NCBI GenBank assembly: GCA_965243395.1
Contig: CBDEUS010000002.1
Coordinates: forward strand, 288,001 to 352,000
Source: Gammaproteobacteria bacterium
GTDB taxonomy: Bacteria; Pseudomonadota; Gammaproteobacteria; UBA4575
DNA length: 64,000 nt
Reading direction: 5' to 3'
Shown: positions 51,161-60,676 of the stretch, piece by piece
How the letters are laid out: every line of letters starts with the position of its first letter
How positions within the stretch are numbered: position 1 is the first letter of the stretch
Made by a program: the position numbers and the translations under genes
The notes under the pieces: generated by a model
Databases searched by the model: none
Told to the model about the DNA's origin: nothing
Seen by the model: the letters and a program-made list of their open reading frames with translations, nothing else

Positions 51161-52227
51161 TGAATCCTGTTGCGAATATTGATGGTGGTGTTGACTGCAT
51201 AACGCAGTTTTCTATCTGCCGGGTGCGACACTGTGGTGCTATCTGATATTAAGGTGCCGGCGACATTATATGTGCTCGTATCCACTTGCGCCGCAACCTC
51301 TTCACCTGTTGCCATCAGCAAACCCAGCCGCACGGTTACAACATCTGGCCACTGAACAGCAGTAACATCGTCAGCTGCTTCAAAACGATCAGCTATTTGA
51401 TCACCATCGACGTCCAAGCCATAAAGTATTTGCATAGTCTCAACACCTTCAAGCAGTTCTTCTTCTCGCATTTGTGCTGTTTCAATGCCGCCAATGTTTC
51501 TGGCTTCAAAGAATAATTTTTTCAATGAATTTATAGCTGGATTTTGAGTACTGGGTGCAATGAAATAAATTACAGGCTCAAAAGGTGTGATTTGTGCATC
51601 TTCGCCAAAAGTACCAATTGATGTTGTTGCGTTACCTGGAGATATATCTGAATTATCTCCATAACTTAAAGTATTCGCGATATCATCAGCAGTAGAAATC
51701 TGGAATATAGCGGCTTGTCTAGGGTCACAAACAATAGCAATTTCTCCGTCTTGAAAATCTCCGCCAGGACCTGAATCAAAAGTATTTTGTAAAGTTAGAA
51801 CACTTCCACCTGAGTTATGAAAAGTTATACTTGATGTATAGTTACTTCCTTTTAAGATCGCGATTGCGTCACTACCTGCAACAACACTGCCTGTAATTTC
51901 TGGCGGAAAAGTGCTTGAACCCCCTTCAAAACCACGAATACCAAAATCAAAATAATCTAAAAACCAAGTTGTGCTGCCATTTATTGCATTGGTTGTAGAA
52001 GGAGGAAATCGACAAGGCATATACCCTGCCATACGAATATCTTGTGAAATAAATTCCAAACTAAAACGTAAGCTTTCCTGCAAACGCGATAAATTATCTG
52101 TCATACGATAGGTTTCTTTGCCACTGATGTACATTGCGGTTACGCCACTCACTAAAAATAAACCGAGCAGCAGTGCCACCATTAACTCAACGACGGAAAA
52201 ACCTTTTTGTTTTGAACTGTGATTCAT
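51157..52227 (-). CDS. pilW: PilW minor pilin, cassette A
   Basis: GFSVVELMVAL, DIRMAGY, EGVETMQILYGLD, INIRNR. Confidence 0.93.
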   Translation of the reverse strand: MNHSSKQKGFSVVELMVALLLGLFLVSGVTAMYISGKETYRMTDNLSRLQESLRFSLEFISQDIRMAGYMPCRFPPSTTNAINGSTTWFLDYFDFGIRGFEGGSSTFPPEITGSVVAGSDAIAILKGSNYTSSITFHNSGGSVLTLQNTFDSGPGGDFQDGEIAIVCDPRQAAIFQISTADDIANTLSYGDNSDISPGNATTSIGTFGEDAQITPFEPVIYFIAPSTQNPAINSLKKLFFEARNIGGIETAQMREEELLEGVETMQILYGLDVDGDQIADRFEAADDVTAVQWPDVVTVRLGLLMATGEEVAAQVDTSTYNVAGTLISDSTTVSHPADRKLRYAVNTTINIRNRIQ

Positions 52228-52724
52228 AACTCGGCCATAATCATGATTGATTCAACGGGATTAGTTCCTTGCTGCCATTGCACGGTAACTTCAACGTCAT
52301 TTCCATTTCTCTCGACTATGCCATCACCATTCGGTAAAACCGATGTCATATTTAGCGGTGCGACACAGGCAGGATCATTGGTGAAAGATCCCAGCGAGCA
52401 CTTCCATTGAGTAATTTCAAAAGTTGCAAGCTGGTTAGGTGTGCAATTTGCTGTAGTTGTTTGGCAATTTGTAAACGTACCGGGAATATTGGTAAGCGAG
52501 GTGTCATAAGCACCACTATTAAACCCCGTAGGATTGGCACGCATTTTATCGATCAGATCATACGCAAAATAACTCGCTTGCGATTGTAAATAAGCGTTGT
52601 AACTACTTTTCATACTAAATAACTGCATACCTGCCATGCCTAACAATCCAATAGATAAAACCGCAAGTGCGACCAACACTTCCATTAACGTGAATCCTTT
52701 ATGCTGTTTTTGTTTCGTATACAT
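52224..52724 (-). CDS. pilV: PilV minor pilin, cassette A
   Basis: GFTLMEVLVALAVLSIGLLGMAGMQ, DKMRANP. Confidence 0.94.
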   Translation of the reverse strand: MYTKQKQHKGFTLMEVLVALAVLSIGLLGMAGMQLFSMKSSYNAYLQSQASYFAYDLIDKMRANPTGFNSGAYDTSLTNIPGTFTNCQTTTANCTPNQLATFEITQWKCSLGSFTNDPACVAPLNMTSVLPNGDGIVERNGNDVEVTVQWQQGTNPVESIMIMAEL

Positions 52725-52726
52725 GG

Positions 52727-53287
52727 TTATGGAATACAAGTTGTAATTGGGTTACCAGGTGATTCTTCTGGCACACCATTACTATCTAAAGGTGCTAATC
52801 TGGTTCTGCCATTGTTATTGATAAATATAGCTCGTGATTTATTTAATAAATTGTTTTTACATAAAACAATTCGTCCATTTTGTGCTCTACCTTTGGCGCT
52901 GTAATCAAATGAACTTAAACCTCCAGCGCGCATTGTATAGTTATTTGGCAATCCTTCGTTTACTCTGATTAACTCTTCTCCTGCATCTGCATAATCTCCA
53001 TCACCATTACTGTCGAAAAATATAATCCAGCCATCTTCATAACCCACACCACTGCATGTGGCACCGTCGTTGCTGTGGCAAACAGTAACATCACTATTAC
53101 GCCGTATGGCTTCACTACGTGCAAAGTTCAATGTGGAGACAAGCTCATTTATGTGAGCCGTTAACTGATTCCTCTCAATGACTCTTCCAAAACCGGGGAC
53201 ACCAAGGGTCAACACAACTGCCGCTACAGCAATTGCGATCATGAGTTCAATTAAGGTAAAAGCAGATTCGTGTTTTTGCATATCCAT
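52727..53287 (-). CDS. fimT: FimT/FimU minor pilin, cassette A (start 53287 or 53281)
   Basis: AFTLIELMIAI, FARSEAIRRN, GWIIFFD. Confidence 0.92.
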   Translation of the reverse strand: MDMQKHESAFTLIELMIAIAVAAVVLTLGVPGFGRVIERNQLTAHINELVSTLNFARSEAIRRNSDVTVCHSNDGATCSGVGYEDGWIIFFDSNGDGDYADAGEELIRVNEGLPNNYTMRAGGLSSFDYSAKGRAQNGRIVLCKNNLLNKSRAIFINNNGRTRLAPLDSNGVPEESPGNPITTCIP

Positions 53288-53477
53288 AACATGCGAACAC
53301 ACGACGTGAAGATAACAAGCCAACTCCTCTGTAGCAGGCTTATTCCATGTTTTATATTTTCAGCGACGCAATTGAATTGCGTCCAATCCTTCCTGACTTA
53401 CCCGCCGCGATCACTCGCGATCTCATATATTATTAACTCACAACTCTCAGCACATCCGGTGCTTATGAATTAGTGTA
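53281..53477 (-). promoter_or_regulatory. Structured GGA-rich leader of cassette A with candidate -10 TACACT
   Basis: AGCAC-CGGAT-GTGCT hairpin, CAGGAAGG, CATGGAAT, ACAGAGGAGT, ATGGATA, plus GACGCAATT/AATTGCGTC inverted repeat. Confidence 0.5.
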
Positions 53478-53624
53478 TATCTATTGTATTAGGTTCTTAC
53501 ATTAAATTCTTGTTCTGAGAGAAAAGAATTACACTACGTTCTATGTTGTTGCTGTGTGGAGAGTTTTTATCCTTATAGAACATAAGGTCTAGAGGTAAGA
53601 TACAAACTTTTAGCTAGCAGAAAT

Positions 53625-53655
53625 AAAAAACCCACGGCGGTGATACCGTGGGTTT
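53625..53655 (-). terminator. Intrinsic terminator downstream of the DJ-1 gene / candidate sRNA
   Basis: Minus strand AAACCCACGG-TATCACCG-CCGTGGGTTTTTT. Confidence 0.85.
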
Positions 53656-53679
53656 AAAAAGCCTGCTTCCCTGTAGGCT
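53625..53679 (-). ncRNA. Candidate ~55-nt small RNA with one AGGGA-loop hairpin and a terminator
   Basis: TATATT -10 at 53691-53686, then AGCCT-ACAGGGAAGC-AGGCT hairpin, then terminator. Confidence 0.45.
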
Positions 53680-53808
53680 AATGCAAATATATGGTACTGG
53701 TCAGTCGCAGACCAATTAGTGAACCGGTTCACGCTATTCAATCAAGCCAATACCGTAAGTCGATAGTGCAATACCGACCATCATGATCTAAATAATTTGT
53801 GGAAATTT

Positions 53809-54363
53809 TTATGCTGCGCGTTGCAATGCAGCTTCAACTTGTTGGCGCTTCTCATTACCCAGCAAACAAGTAATCAACTCCAAAGCAAACTCCATTGCAG
53901 TACCAGGTCCGCGTGAAGTTAACACCTGTCCATCTTGTTGCACTGCAACACCAGTAATTTCAATGTTGCTATTCTCTAAGGATTCCAGCACTCCAGGGTA
54001 TGCAGTGGCTTTTTTATTATCTAATAGCCCTGTACTGGCTAGAACTTTTGGTGCGGCACAAATAGCGGCGACATAATTTTCATCAGCAACAGTTTGTTTA
54101 AGGATGTCATGGATACGTGGATCTGCATTTAAGTAATCGGCTCCAGGTAAACCCCCTGGTAAAACCACCATGTCAAATTTCTCATTCATTATTTGATCTA
54201 AAGTGGTATCAGCTATGAGCTTAGTTCCCCGAGAAGCCGTTATGGGCGCATCATCAAGGCTAGCTGTAGTAACGTGCACTTCAGCACGTCGTAATAAATC
54301 AATAATCGTGACTGCTTCTAATTCTTCGCAGCCTTGGGCGAGAGGGACGAGTACATGTGCCAT
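53809..54363 (-). CDS. DJ-1/YajL family glyoxalase III / deglycase
   Basis: GCEELEAV, VLPGGLPGA, AAICAAP, TSRGPGTA. Confidence 0.93.
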   Translation of the reverse strand: MAHVLVPLAQGCEELEAVTIIDLLRRAEVHVTTASLDDAPITASRGTKLIADTTLDQIMNEKFDMVVLPGGLPGADYLNADPRIHDILKQTVADENYVAAICAAPKVLASTGLLDNKKATAYPGVLESLENSNIEITGVAVQQDGQVLTSRGPGTAMEFALELITCLLGNEKRQQVEAALQRAA

Positions 54364-55151
54364 GATGATTTAGTTGCCTTAGCTAATCTATAAGTAGTAG
54401 CGATATCTATTAATTCACTAACAGTGACTAATTGTACCTCTTCATTACTTAGCTTAGAAAGTTCTTCTTCCAGAACCGATATCGTGCTGCCATGAGGGTG
54501 GCCTATAGCTAATGCATAACCTTTTTGTTTTGCAATTTTAATTAGTTGCTTTACTTGCTGTCTTACAAACTTTTGATCATTTGCAGTAGCATCTAAAAAT
54601 ATGTCGCGATGCAGGCTTGGGATATGATAACTAAGTGCAGTGTCTCCAGCGACCGTTTGTGCACTCGTGCGGCTATCTATAAAAAATAGATTCTCATCAC
54701 GATTGGCGATCGTTTGCATTAACCATTCCATATAATTTTCATTGCTGGTTAATAAACTACCCATATGATTATTAACTCCTCTGGCATACGGGATAGCATC
54801 AATACTTATATCGACAGTGCGAATAAATTCCTGTTTAGACATATCAGCAGTCAATGCTCCATGTCCAAGTTGTTGCGACTTCGCAGCTTGCATGGGTAAG
54901 TGCAGCATTACCTCTTTACCATGCTGATGTGCAAGCCGAGCTAACTTAATGGAATATGGTCTTGCAGGAAGAATAGAACAGGTTATTGGCAGTTCAGAAT
55001 TAATTACACGCGCACCCGATTCAAAACTGTTTCCAATATCGTCTATGATTACAGCTATAGCAGCTGGTTCAGCATGCAGACAATGAAAAGGGGCTGCAAC
55101 AAACAGCCCCATTAGCAAAATCATTAACTTTTTTTTGCAGATATGTAGCAC
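54318..55151 (-). CDS. Divergent polysaccharide deacetylase family protein (YibQ-like)
   Basis: VIIDDIG, MLHLPMQ, GVNNHMGS, FIDSRT, AIGHPH. Confidence 0.93.
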   Translation of the reverse strand: MLHICKKKLMILLMGLFVAAPFHCLHAEPAAIAVIIDDIGNSFESGARVINSELPITCSILPARPYSIKLARLAHQHGKEVMLHLPMQAAKSQQLGHGALTADMSKQEFIRTVDISIDAIPYARGVNNHMGSLLTSNENYMEWLMQTIANRDENLFFIDSRTSAQTVAGDTALSYHIPSLHRDIFLDATANDQKFVRQQVKQLIKIAKQKGYALAIGHPHGSTISVLEEELSKLSNEEVQLVTVSELIDIATTYRLAKATKSSWHMYSSLSPKAAKN

Positions 55152-55158
55152 GTATTTT

Positions 55159-56514
55159 TTAAATACTAGCCTGTTGTGTTCCTGCCATACCCTTCAATAT
55201 TTTAAGCGCTTCATCTAGAGCATAATCAGTTGCATCATCCTTACTTTGTTTTGGAATCATTACAATTGACTTGGGTTCTCTCTTGACTGGAGCTTTTTTG
55301 TTTTCATTTTCTAGATGCCCATCTAAATCCGCTTCAGAAATAATGCTCAGAGCAGATTTCTCTTCTTCTGGAGCACCTTCTACTTTCAATAGAATATCTG
55401 GAACAATGCCTTCGCTTTGAATAGAGCGGCCCGATGGTGTGTAGTAGCGAGCTGTGGTTAATTTCAATGCAGTATTATCATTCAGCGGCAAAATAGTTTG
55501 TACGGAACCTTTACCAAATGATGTAGTACCAATAACCGTTGCGCGTTCATGGTCCTGCATTGCGCCCGCAACTATTTCTGAAGCGGAAGCAGAACCTTGG
55601 TTAATCAAAACAACTAATGGCGCACCTTTAAGTGTATCGCCTGTGCTGGAATTATATTTTAATTCAGAATCTTCTACGCGCCCTTCAGTGTAAACAATGA
55701 GTTTATTATCTTTTAAGAACACATCTGATACCCCTACGGCACCGGTTAAAACACCGCCCGGGTTGTTACGCAAATCTAAAACTAAACCTTTAAGATCACC
55801 GTCATTTTTCTTTTTTAAGCTTTCTAATGCATCTAATAAGCTGCGTGTTGTTTTAGATTGAAAATTTGAAATACGTACATAGCCATAACCCGGTTCTAGT
55901 ACGCGGTTTCTAACACTACGAACACGTATGACATCACGTGTAAGTGAAATCACTAGCGGTGCATCTTCACCTTCACGCACAATAGTTAAATCAATATTGG
56001 TTCCCTTTTTACCACGCATTAATTTAACAGCTTCTTCTAAAGTTAAGCCTTTTACCGATTTTTCATCTAACTTGATAATCAAATCACCCGCTTTCACACC
56101 GGCACGGTCTGCAGGAGTGTCGTCAATAGGTGCAATAACTTTTACAAAGCCATTTTCCATACCCACTTCTATGCCTAGACCGCCAAATTCACCTGAGGTG
56201 CCAATTTGTAATTCACGAAATTGTTCTTCATCCAAATAGGAAGAATGCGGATCTAACCCTGAAAGCATGCCTCGGATTGCATTTTTCAATAAATCACTAT
56301 CGTCAACATCCGTTACATAATCTTGTTTAATGCGAGCGTACACATCGGTAAAAGTGCGCAAATCTTCAAGCGGCAATGCAGATACCGCATTTTTATCCGC
56401 CCATACATTGTGTGCCAAAGATAAACCTAGCCCAAATACCACTCCCCAGATAACACCTATGGTAAGAGGATGTTTGAATTTCATTTGCGTGCTCCTAGAA
56501 TTTTCTTGTGTCAC
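55159..56514 (-). CDS. ctpA: Carboxy-terminal processing protease, S41 family
   Basis: LDPHS, GLGIEV PDZ, DLRNNPGG, GSASASEIV, FGKGSVQ. Confidence 0.95.
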   Translation of the reverse strand: MTQENSRSTQMKFKHPLTIGVIWGVVFGLGLSLAHNVWADKNAVSALPLEDLRTFTDVYARIKQDYVTDVDDSDLLKNAIRGMLSGLDPHSSYLDEEQFRELQIGTSGEFGGLGIEVGMENGFVKVIAPIDDTPADRAGVKAGDLIIKLDEKSVKGLTLEEAVKLMRGKKGTNIDLTIVREGEDAPLVISLTRDVIRVRSVRNRVLEPGYGYVRISNFQSKTTRSLLDALESLKKKNDGDLKGLVLDLRNNPGGVLTGAVGVSDVFLKDNKLIVYTEGRVEDSELKYNSSTGDTLKGAPLVVLINQGSASASEIVAGAMQDHERATVIGTTSFGKGSVQTILPLNDNTALKLTTARYYTPSGRSIQSEGIVPDILLKVEGAPEEEKSALSIISEADLDGHLENENKKAPVKREPKSIVMIPKQSKDDATDYALDEALKILKGMAGTQQASI

Positions 56515-56709
56515 CAGAATATTGCTCCATTATGAAAGGATAAAATACATTCGCAACTAATTAGATCGCCATCGATGGGGAAACGTTCACGAAACTGCAT
56601 TATACATTAGTACCGATGGAGCTAATCTACGCATATCTATACATTATATGTGGGTTTGCAGGTTCATATTACAGACTGAGCCGACCACTGGTAGAAACAT
56701 GACGCGATT

Positions 56710-57918
56710 TCATTTAGAGCTGATTTTTCTGGAAGACGCTGCTTTCGAGCACCAATTTGCTGGATTCACGGGATTTCCTTGCTTTCGAACTTCAAAATAA
56801 AGTCCCGGTTTACTATTGCCGCCACTACTTCCTACAGTAGCCAAACGTTCGCCTGCATCCACCCATTCGCCAACTTGTTTGAATAAACTTTGGTTGTGGC
56901 CATAAAGACTCATAAACCCATCCCCATGATCAACAATAATAAGCAGTCCTAAACCACGCATCCACTCTGCAAATGCCACCCGACCATGATAAATACTGCG
57001 CACATTATTCCCTTCGTTACTTGGTATAAACACACCCTGCCAACTTAACTTACTACCTGCTTCATTTCTCCGTTGTCCAAATTTATTGCTAGGTTTCCCA
57101 ACTACTGGCCAATATAAGTTACCTTTAGATTTACTAAACCCTTTTCTTTGATCAATAACAGGAATATCCGCGAGTGCAGCGCGTAATTTATCAATTACGT
57201 TCTTAAGTTGTTTTTCATTACTTTCTAGATCAACAAGCTTTTGTTTTTCACTCGAAACACTTTTATTTAAAGTACTAATTGTGGTTTTACGCTTTCCTTG
57301 CGCTTGTTCCAGTGAAGATTTTTCTTCAAGCAATTTTTGTTTTGCCTGCAAGGCAACTTGTTCCTGTTGTTTAATTTTTTCGTGAACCTCAGAAACGGAA
57401 GCTAATATCTGTACCGCCTTGTCTATTTCACTTAGCCGCGCGCGATGTAAATAATCGTAGTACACCAAATCACGACCTAATTTTTCCGGTTCTTGTTGAT
57501 TAAGCAGTAATTTTAATTTCTGTTGGCCGCCGTATTGGTACTCTGAGCGTATTTGCGCATAAAGTATATGTCGATGTTTCGACAGTTGTTTTTGTAATTG
57601 ATTTTCTTCAATTTGTAAGGCTGCTATTTTATTTTGACTATTTTTGAGCTGTGCTTCAGTAGTACCAAGCTGTTGATTAAGTCTGCCTATACTCTGCTCG
57701 GATTCGCGTAATTGTTTTTCTAAGTCGCCAAGCTCGCCACGTTGTTGTTCTAATTTGTGTTGCGATTTACGAATTTGTTCTTGTACTTTAGCCAGCTTTT
57801 TTTCGGTTTCTTGTTGTGAGGGTTCTGCCAACACTGATGACGAAAGTATGATCCAGAGACAGACCCATGCCGACAGGCAAAGTACATTCCTTATATAGTA
57901 GAACCAGTCTTGCTGCAT
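56710..57918 (-). CDS. envC: Murein hydrolase activator EnvC (coiled coil plus degenerate M23 domain)
   Basis: Long coiled coil, WQGVFI, YGHNQSL, LYFEVR. Confidence 0.92.
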   Translation of the reverse strand: MQQDWFYYIRNVLCLSAWVCLWIILSSSVLAEPSQQETEKKLAKVQEQIRKSQHKLEQQRGELGDLEKQLRESEQSIGRLNQQLGTTEAQLKNSQNKIAALQIEENQLQKQLSKHRHILYAQIRSEYQYGGQQKLKLLLNQQEPEKLGRDLVYYDYLHRARLSEIDKAVQILASVSEVHEKIKQQEQVALQAKQKLLEEKSSLEQAQGKRKTTISTLNKSVSSEKQKLVDLESNEKQLKNVIDKLRAALADIPVIDQRKGFSKSKGNLYWPVVGKPSNKFGQRRNEAGSKLSWQGVFIPSNEGNNVRSIYHGRVAFAEWMRGLGLLIIVDHGDGFMSLYGHNQSLFKQVGEWVDAGERLATVGSSGGNSKPGLYFEVRKQGNPVNPANWCSKAASSRKISSK

Positions 57919-58073
57919 ATCGTGCTAATTATACTGAGAAAGAGGCATCATTAAAGCAATAACTTATTGATTTACATAGTGTATTAATGTATTAGACATT
58001 TATAATATTAGCTTATACTATATGAGCATAAATTTGCACGGAAGCGTAAACCCATAACAACCAGGATTCTAAT

Positions 58074-58388
58074 ATGAGTATAACTGCCGACGAACTCATC
58101 TCTAAGGAAGAGGATATCGAGCAAGCTTCGCGTTCTTTAAAAGCTATGTCTCACCCATTGCGCTTAAAAATTCTTTGTGTACTAGGTGACCAAGAAGTAA
58201 GTGTGCAAGATATTGTTGATAATGTAGGCACTTCACAAAGCAATATCTCTCAACATTTAGCTATTTTACGTGACAAGGGAATATTAGCATCACGTAAAGA
58301 CGCTAATCGTGTCTATTATCGTGTAGGTGATGAACGTACGCTAAGCTTAATCAATATGATGCAACAAGTGTTTTGTTCCACTCATTAA
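58074..58388 (+). CDS. ArsR/SmtB family transcriptional regulator
   Basis: LKAMSHPLRLKIL, SQSNISQHLAILR, VYYR. Confidence 0.93.
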   Translation: MSITADELISKEEDIEQASRSLKAMSHPLRLKILCVLGDQEVSVQDIVDNVGTSQSNISQHLAILRDKGILASRKDANRVYYRVGDERTLSLINMMQQVFCSTH

Positions 58389-58430
58389 AACCCTTTCAGA
58401 TTTAACACTTTCTAAAAACACTATTCTCTG

Positions 58431-58856
58431 ATGCAAGAATATATCGAATTTGCTGGTCGGCATATGTTTTTGTTTATTGCCCTGGCTGCGGTAATAGTTT
58501 TAATTATCGTTACAGAATTAAAACGTGTCACAAAAGGTTATAAGGATGTAATGCCTGCAGAAGCTGTGAGATTAATCAATAAAGAAAATGCAATGGTCTT
58601 AGATATACGCGAATCTAATGAATTAGGCCAAGGCAGTATTATTGATGCCAAACACATAGCACTAAGTGTATTGCCTGAAAAAATAGCCAATCTTTCTAAT
58701 GATAAAGACAAACCTATTATCGTGTTTTGCAAAATGGGTAATCGTTCCGCGCAAGCCTGTAAGCTGCTTTTAAAAAACAGCTATACCAATGTATTTGGCT
58801 TAAAAGGCGGCATCACGGCATGGATTAATGATCAACTTCCAATCACTAAAAAGTAA
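58431..58856 (+). CDS. Membrane-anchored rhodanese-like protein (YibN-like)
   Basis: N-terminal TM, LDIRE, CKMGNRS, LKGGITAW. Confidence 0.92.
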   Translation: MQEYIEFAGRHMFLFIALAAVIVLIIVTELKRVTKGYKDVMPAEAVRLINKENAMVLDIRESNELGQGSIIDAKHIALSVLPEKIANLSNDKDKPIIVFCKMGNRSAQACKLLLKNSYTNVFGLKGGITAWINDQLPITKK

Positions 58857-58871
58857 TTCAAATATCAACTC

Positions 58872-59135
58872 ATGAACACCCCAGAAGTTACCATTTACAC
58901 AGGATATCGCTGCGCATACTGCAATGCAGCGAAACGTATGCTTGATAGTAAAAATGTTACCTATAACGAAATTAACATTAATGAAGACCAAGCCAAGGCT
59001 GAAGAAATGGTGCAACGCACGAACCGACAAACTGTTCCCCAAATATTCATTGGCGATATCCATGTCGGTGGCTTTGACGACATGGCTGAATTAAACAGTG
59101 AAGGTAAGTTAGACGAATTGTTAAATGGAGAGTAA
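58872..59135 (+). CDS. grxC: Glutaredoxin 3
   Basis: CAYC, TVPQIFI, GGFDD; upstream of secB. Confidence 0.94.
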   Translation: MNTPEVTIYTGYRCAYCNAAKRMLDSKNVTYNEININEDQAKAEEMVQRTNRQTVPQIFIGDIHVGGFDDMAELNSEGKLDELLNGE

Positions 59136-59212
59136 TTATCCAAAAAGCATAATATAATTCAGTCACATTTATACCCGACCCTATCATTCAATCGTAGGTC
59201 AAAACACTTATC

Positions 59213-59677
59213 ATGACTGAAAAACCTGCACAAAAATTTGAAATTCAAAAGATCTATGTGAAAGATCTTTCTTTTGAAACCCCAAACTCACCGAAAATTT
59301 TCACTGAAAAATGGAATCCTAAAACGGATGTCCACATTCAAACTGAAAACAATAAATTAGACGAAAACATTCACGAGGTCACAATCATCGTCACGGTTAC
59401 GGCGAATCAAGATGAAAAAACTGCTTTTTTGGTTGAAATAAAACAAGCTGGTATATTTTTTATTGAAAATTTTCCTGAAGAACAACATAAACAACTCCTA
59501 GGTAGTTATTGCCCTAATATTCTTTTCCCTTTTGCGCGTGAAGCGATTGCTGAGCTGGTCACCAAAGGTGGATTTCCTCAGTTACTGCTTAATCCTGTTA
59601 ACTTTGATGCGCTTTATCAACAACATTTAAATGCGGTTAAAGAGCAAAAAGAAAACCCTCAACAAATAAAGCATTAA
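59213..59677 (+). CDS. secB: Protein-export chaperone SecB
   Basis: IQKIYVKDLSFETP, CPNILFPFARE, PVNFDALY. Confidence 0.98.
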   Translation: MTEKPAQKFEIQKIYVKDLSFETPNSPKIFTEKWNPKTDVHIQTENNKLDENIHEVTIIVTVTANQDEKTAFLVEIKQAGIFFIENFPEEQHKQLLGSYCPNILFPFAREAIAELVTKGGFPQLLLNPVNFDALYQQHLNAVKEQKENPQQIKH

Positions 59678-59680
59678 CTT

Positions 59681-60676
59681 ATGACTTCAGTTGCTGTACT
59701 AGGTGCTGGTTCTTGGGGCACCGCACTAGCTATTCAACTTGCAAATAATGGTCACCATGTTTGTGCATGGGATCATGATAAAGATTTAATCAATACCCTA
59801 CAAAACGATAATGAAAACAAGCGCTACCTCCCTGGAAATAAACTGCCATCCAAATTAACAGCAGTTCATGAACTTGAGGATGCGATTAAATCTGCAGATT
59901 TTATTTTATCTGTGGTACCAAGCTATGCAATGCGCTCGGCTTGCGAACAACTTATTCAGTTTCAATTTCCCAAGAAATTTATTTGGGCTACAAAAGGCTT
60001 TGAAAAACAAAGCAAAATGATGATGCACGAAGTAGTTAAAGATGTTTTGGGATCAGATATTCAAACTGCGGTAATTTCTGGACCTTCTTTTGCAAAGGAA
60101 GTAGCAGATAACTTACCTACCGCCGTAACTCTTGCATCCAATGAAATTGATTTTGCAAAAAATCTGGCCAGTTACTTTCACGGTGATAATTTCAGAGTCT
60201 ACGTAAGTGATGATGTGGTTGGTGTTGAGTTAGGTGGTACCGTTAAAAATGTATTAGCAATCGCTGCAGGCATTGTTGATGGTTTAAAATTTGGTGCAAA
60301 TGCACGCGCTGCACTAGTTACAAGAGGGCTGGCAGAGATGATGCGCCTTGGCTTGGCATTAAATGCAAACCCAAAAACGCTCATGGGCTTAGCGGGTATG
60401 GGTGATCTAGTGCTTACCTGTACCGATGACCAATCACGTAATCGCAGGCTGGGGTTAGCGTTAGCACAAGGCAAAACCGCACAGCAATATATGGAGGAAT
60501 TGGGGCAAGCAGTAGAGGGTTTTCATGCTGCTCAAGTCGTACATGAAATTGCATGTGATCAGAATGTTGAAATGCCTATTTGCGAAAAAGTTTGGAAAGT
60601 ATTAAATGGTCACTTAGAACTCAATACTGCTATCGCAGAGCTGCTGGGTCGAGATATGAAAGAAGAATTCACTTAA
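59681..60676 (+). CDS. gpsA: NAD(P)H-dependent glycerol-3-phosphate dehydrogenase
   Basis: GAGSWGTA, SGPSFA, KNVLAIAAG, GDLVLTC..SRNR. Confidence 0.97.
   Translation: MTSVAVLGAGSWGTALAIQLANNGHHVCAWDHDKDLINTLQNDNENKRYLPGNKLPSKLTAVHELEDAIKSADFILSVVPSYAMRSACEQLIQFQFPKKFIWATKGFEKQSKMMMHEVVKDVLGSDIQTAVISGPSFAKEVADNLPTAVTLASNEIDFAKNLASYFHGDNFRVYVSDDVVGVELGGTVKNVLAIAAGIVDGLKFGANARAALVTRGLAEMMRLGLALNANPKTLMGLAGMGDLVLTCTDDQSRNRRLGLALAQGKTAQQYMEELGQAVEGFHAAQVVHEIACDQNVEMPICEKVWKVLNGHLELNTAIAELLGRDMKEEFT

Noticed and set aside
53288-53323. N-terminal extension of fimT-A from the TTG at 53323
   Set aside because: The GAGGAG lies directly against this TTG with no spacing; downstream ATGs give a normal short prepilin leader
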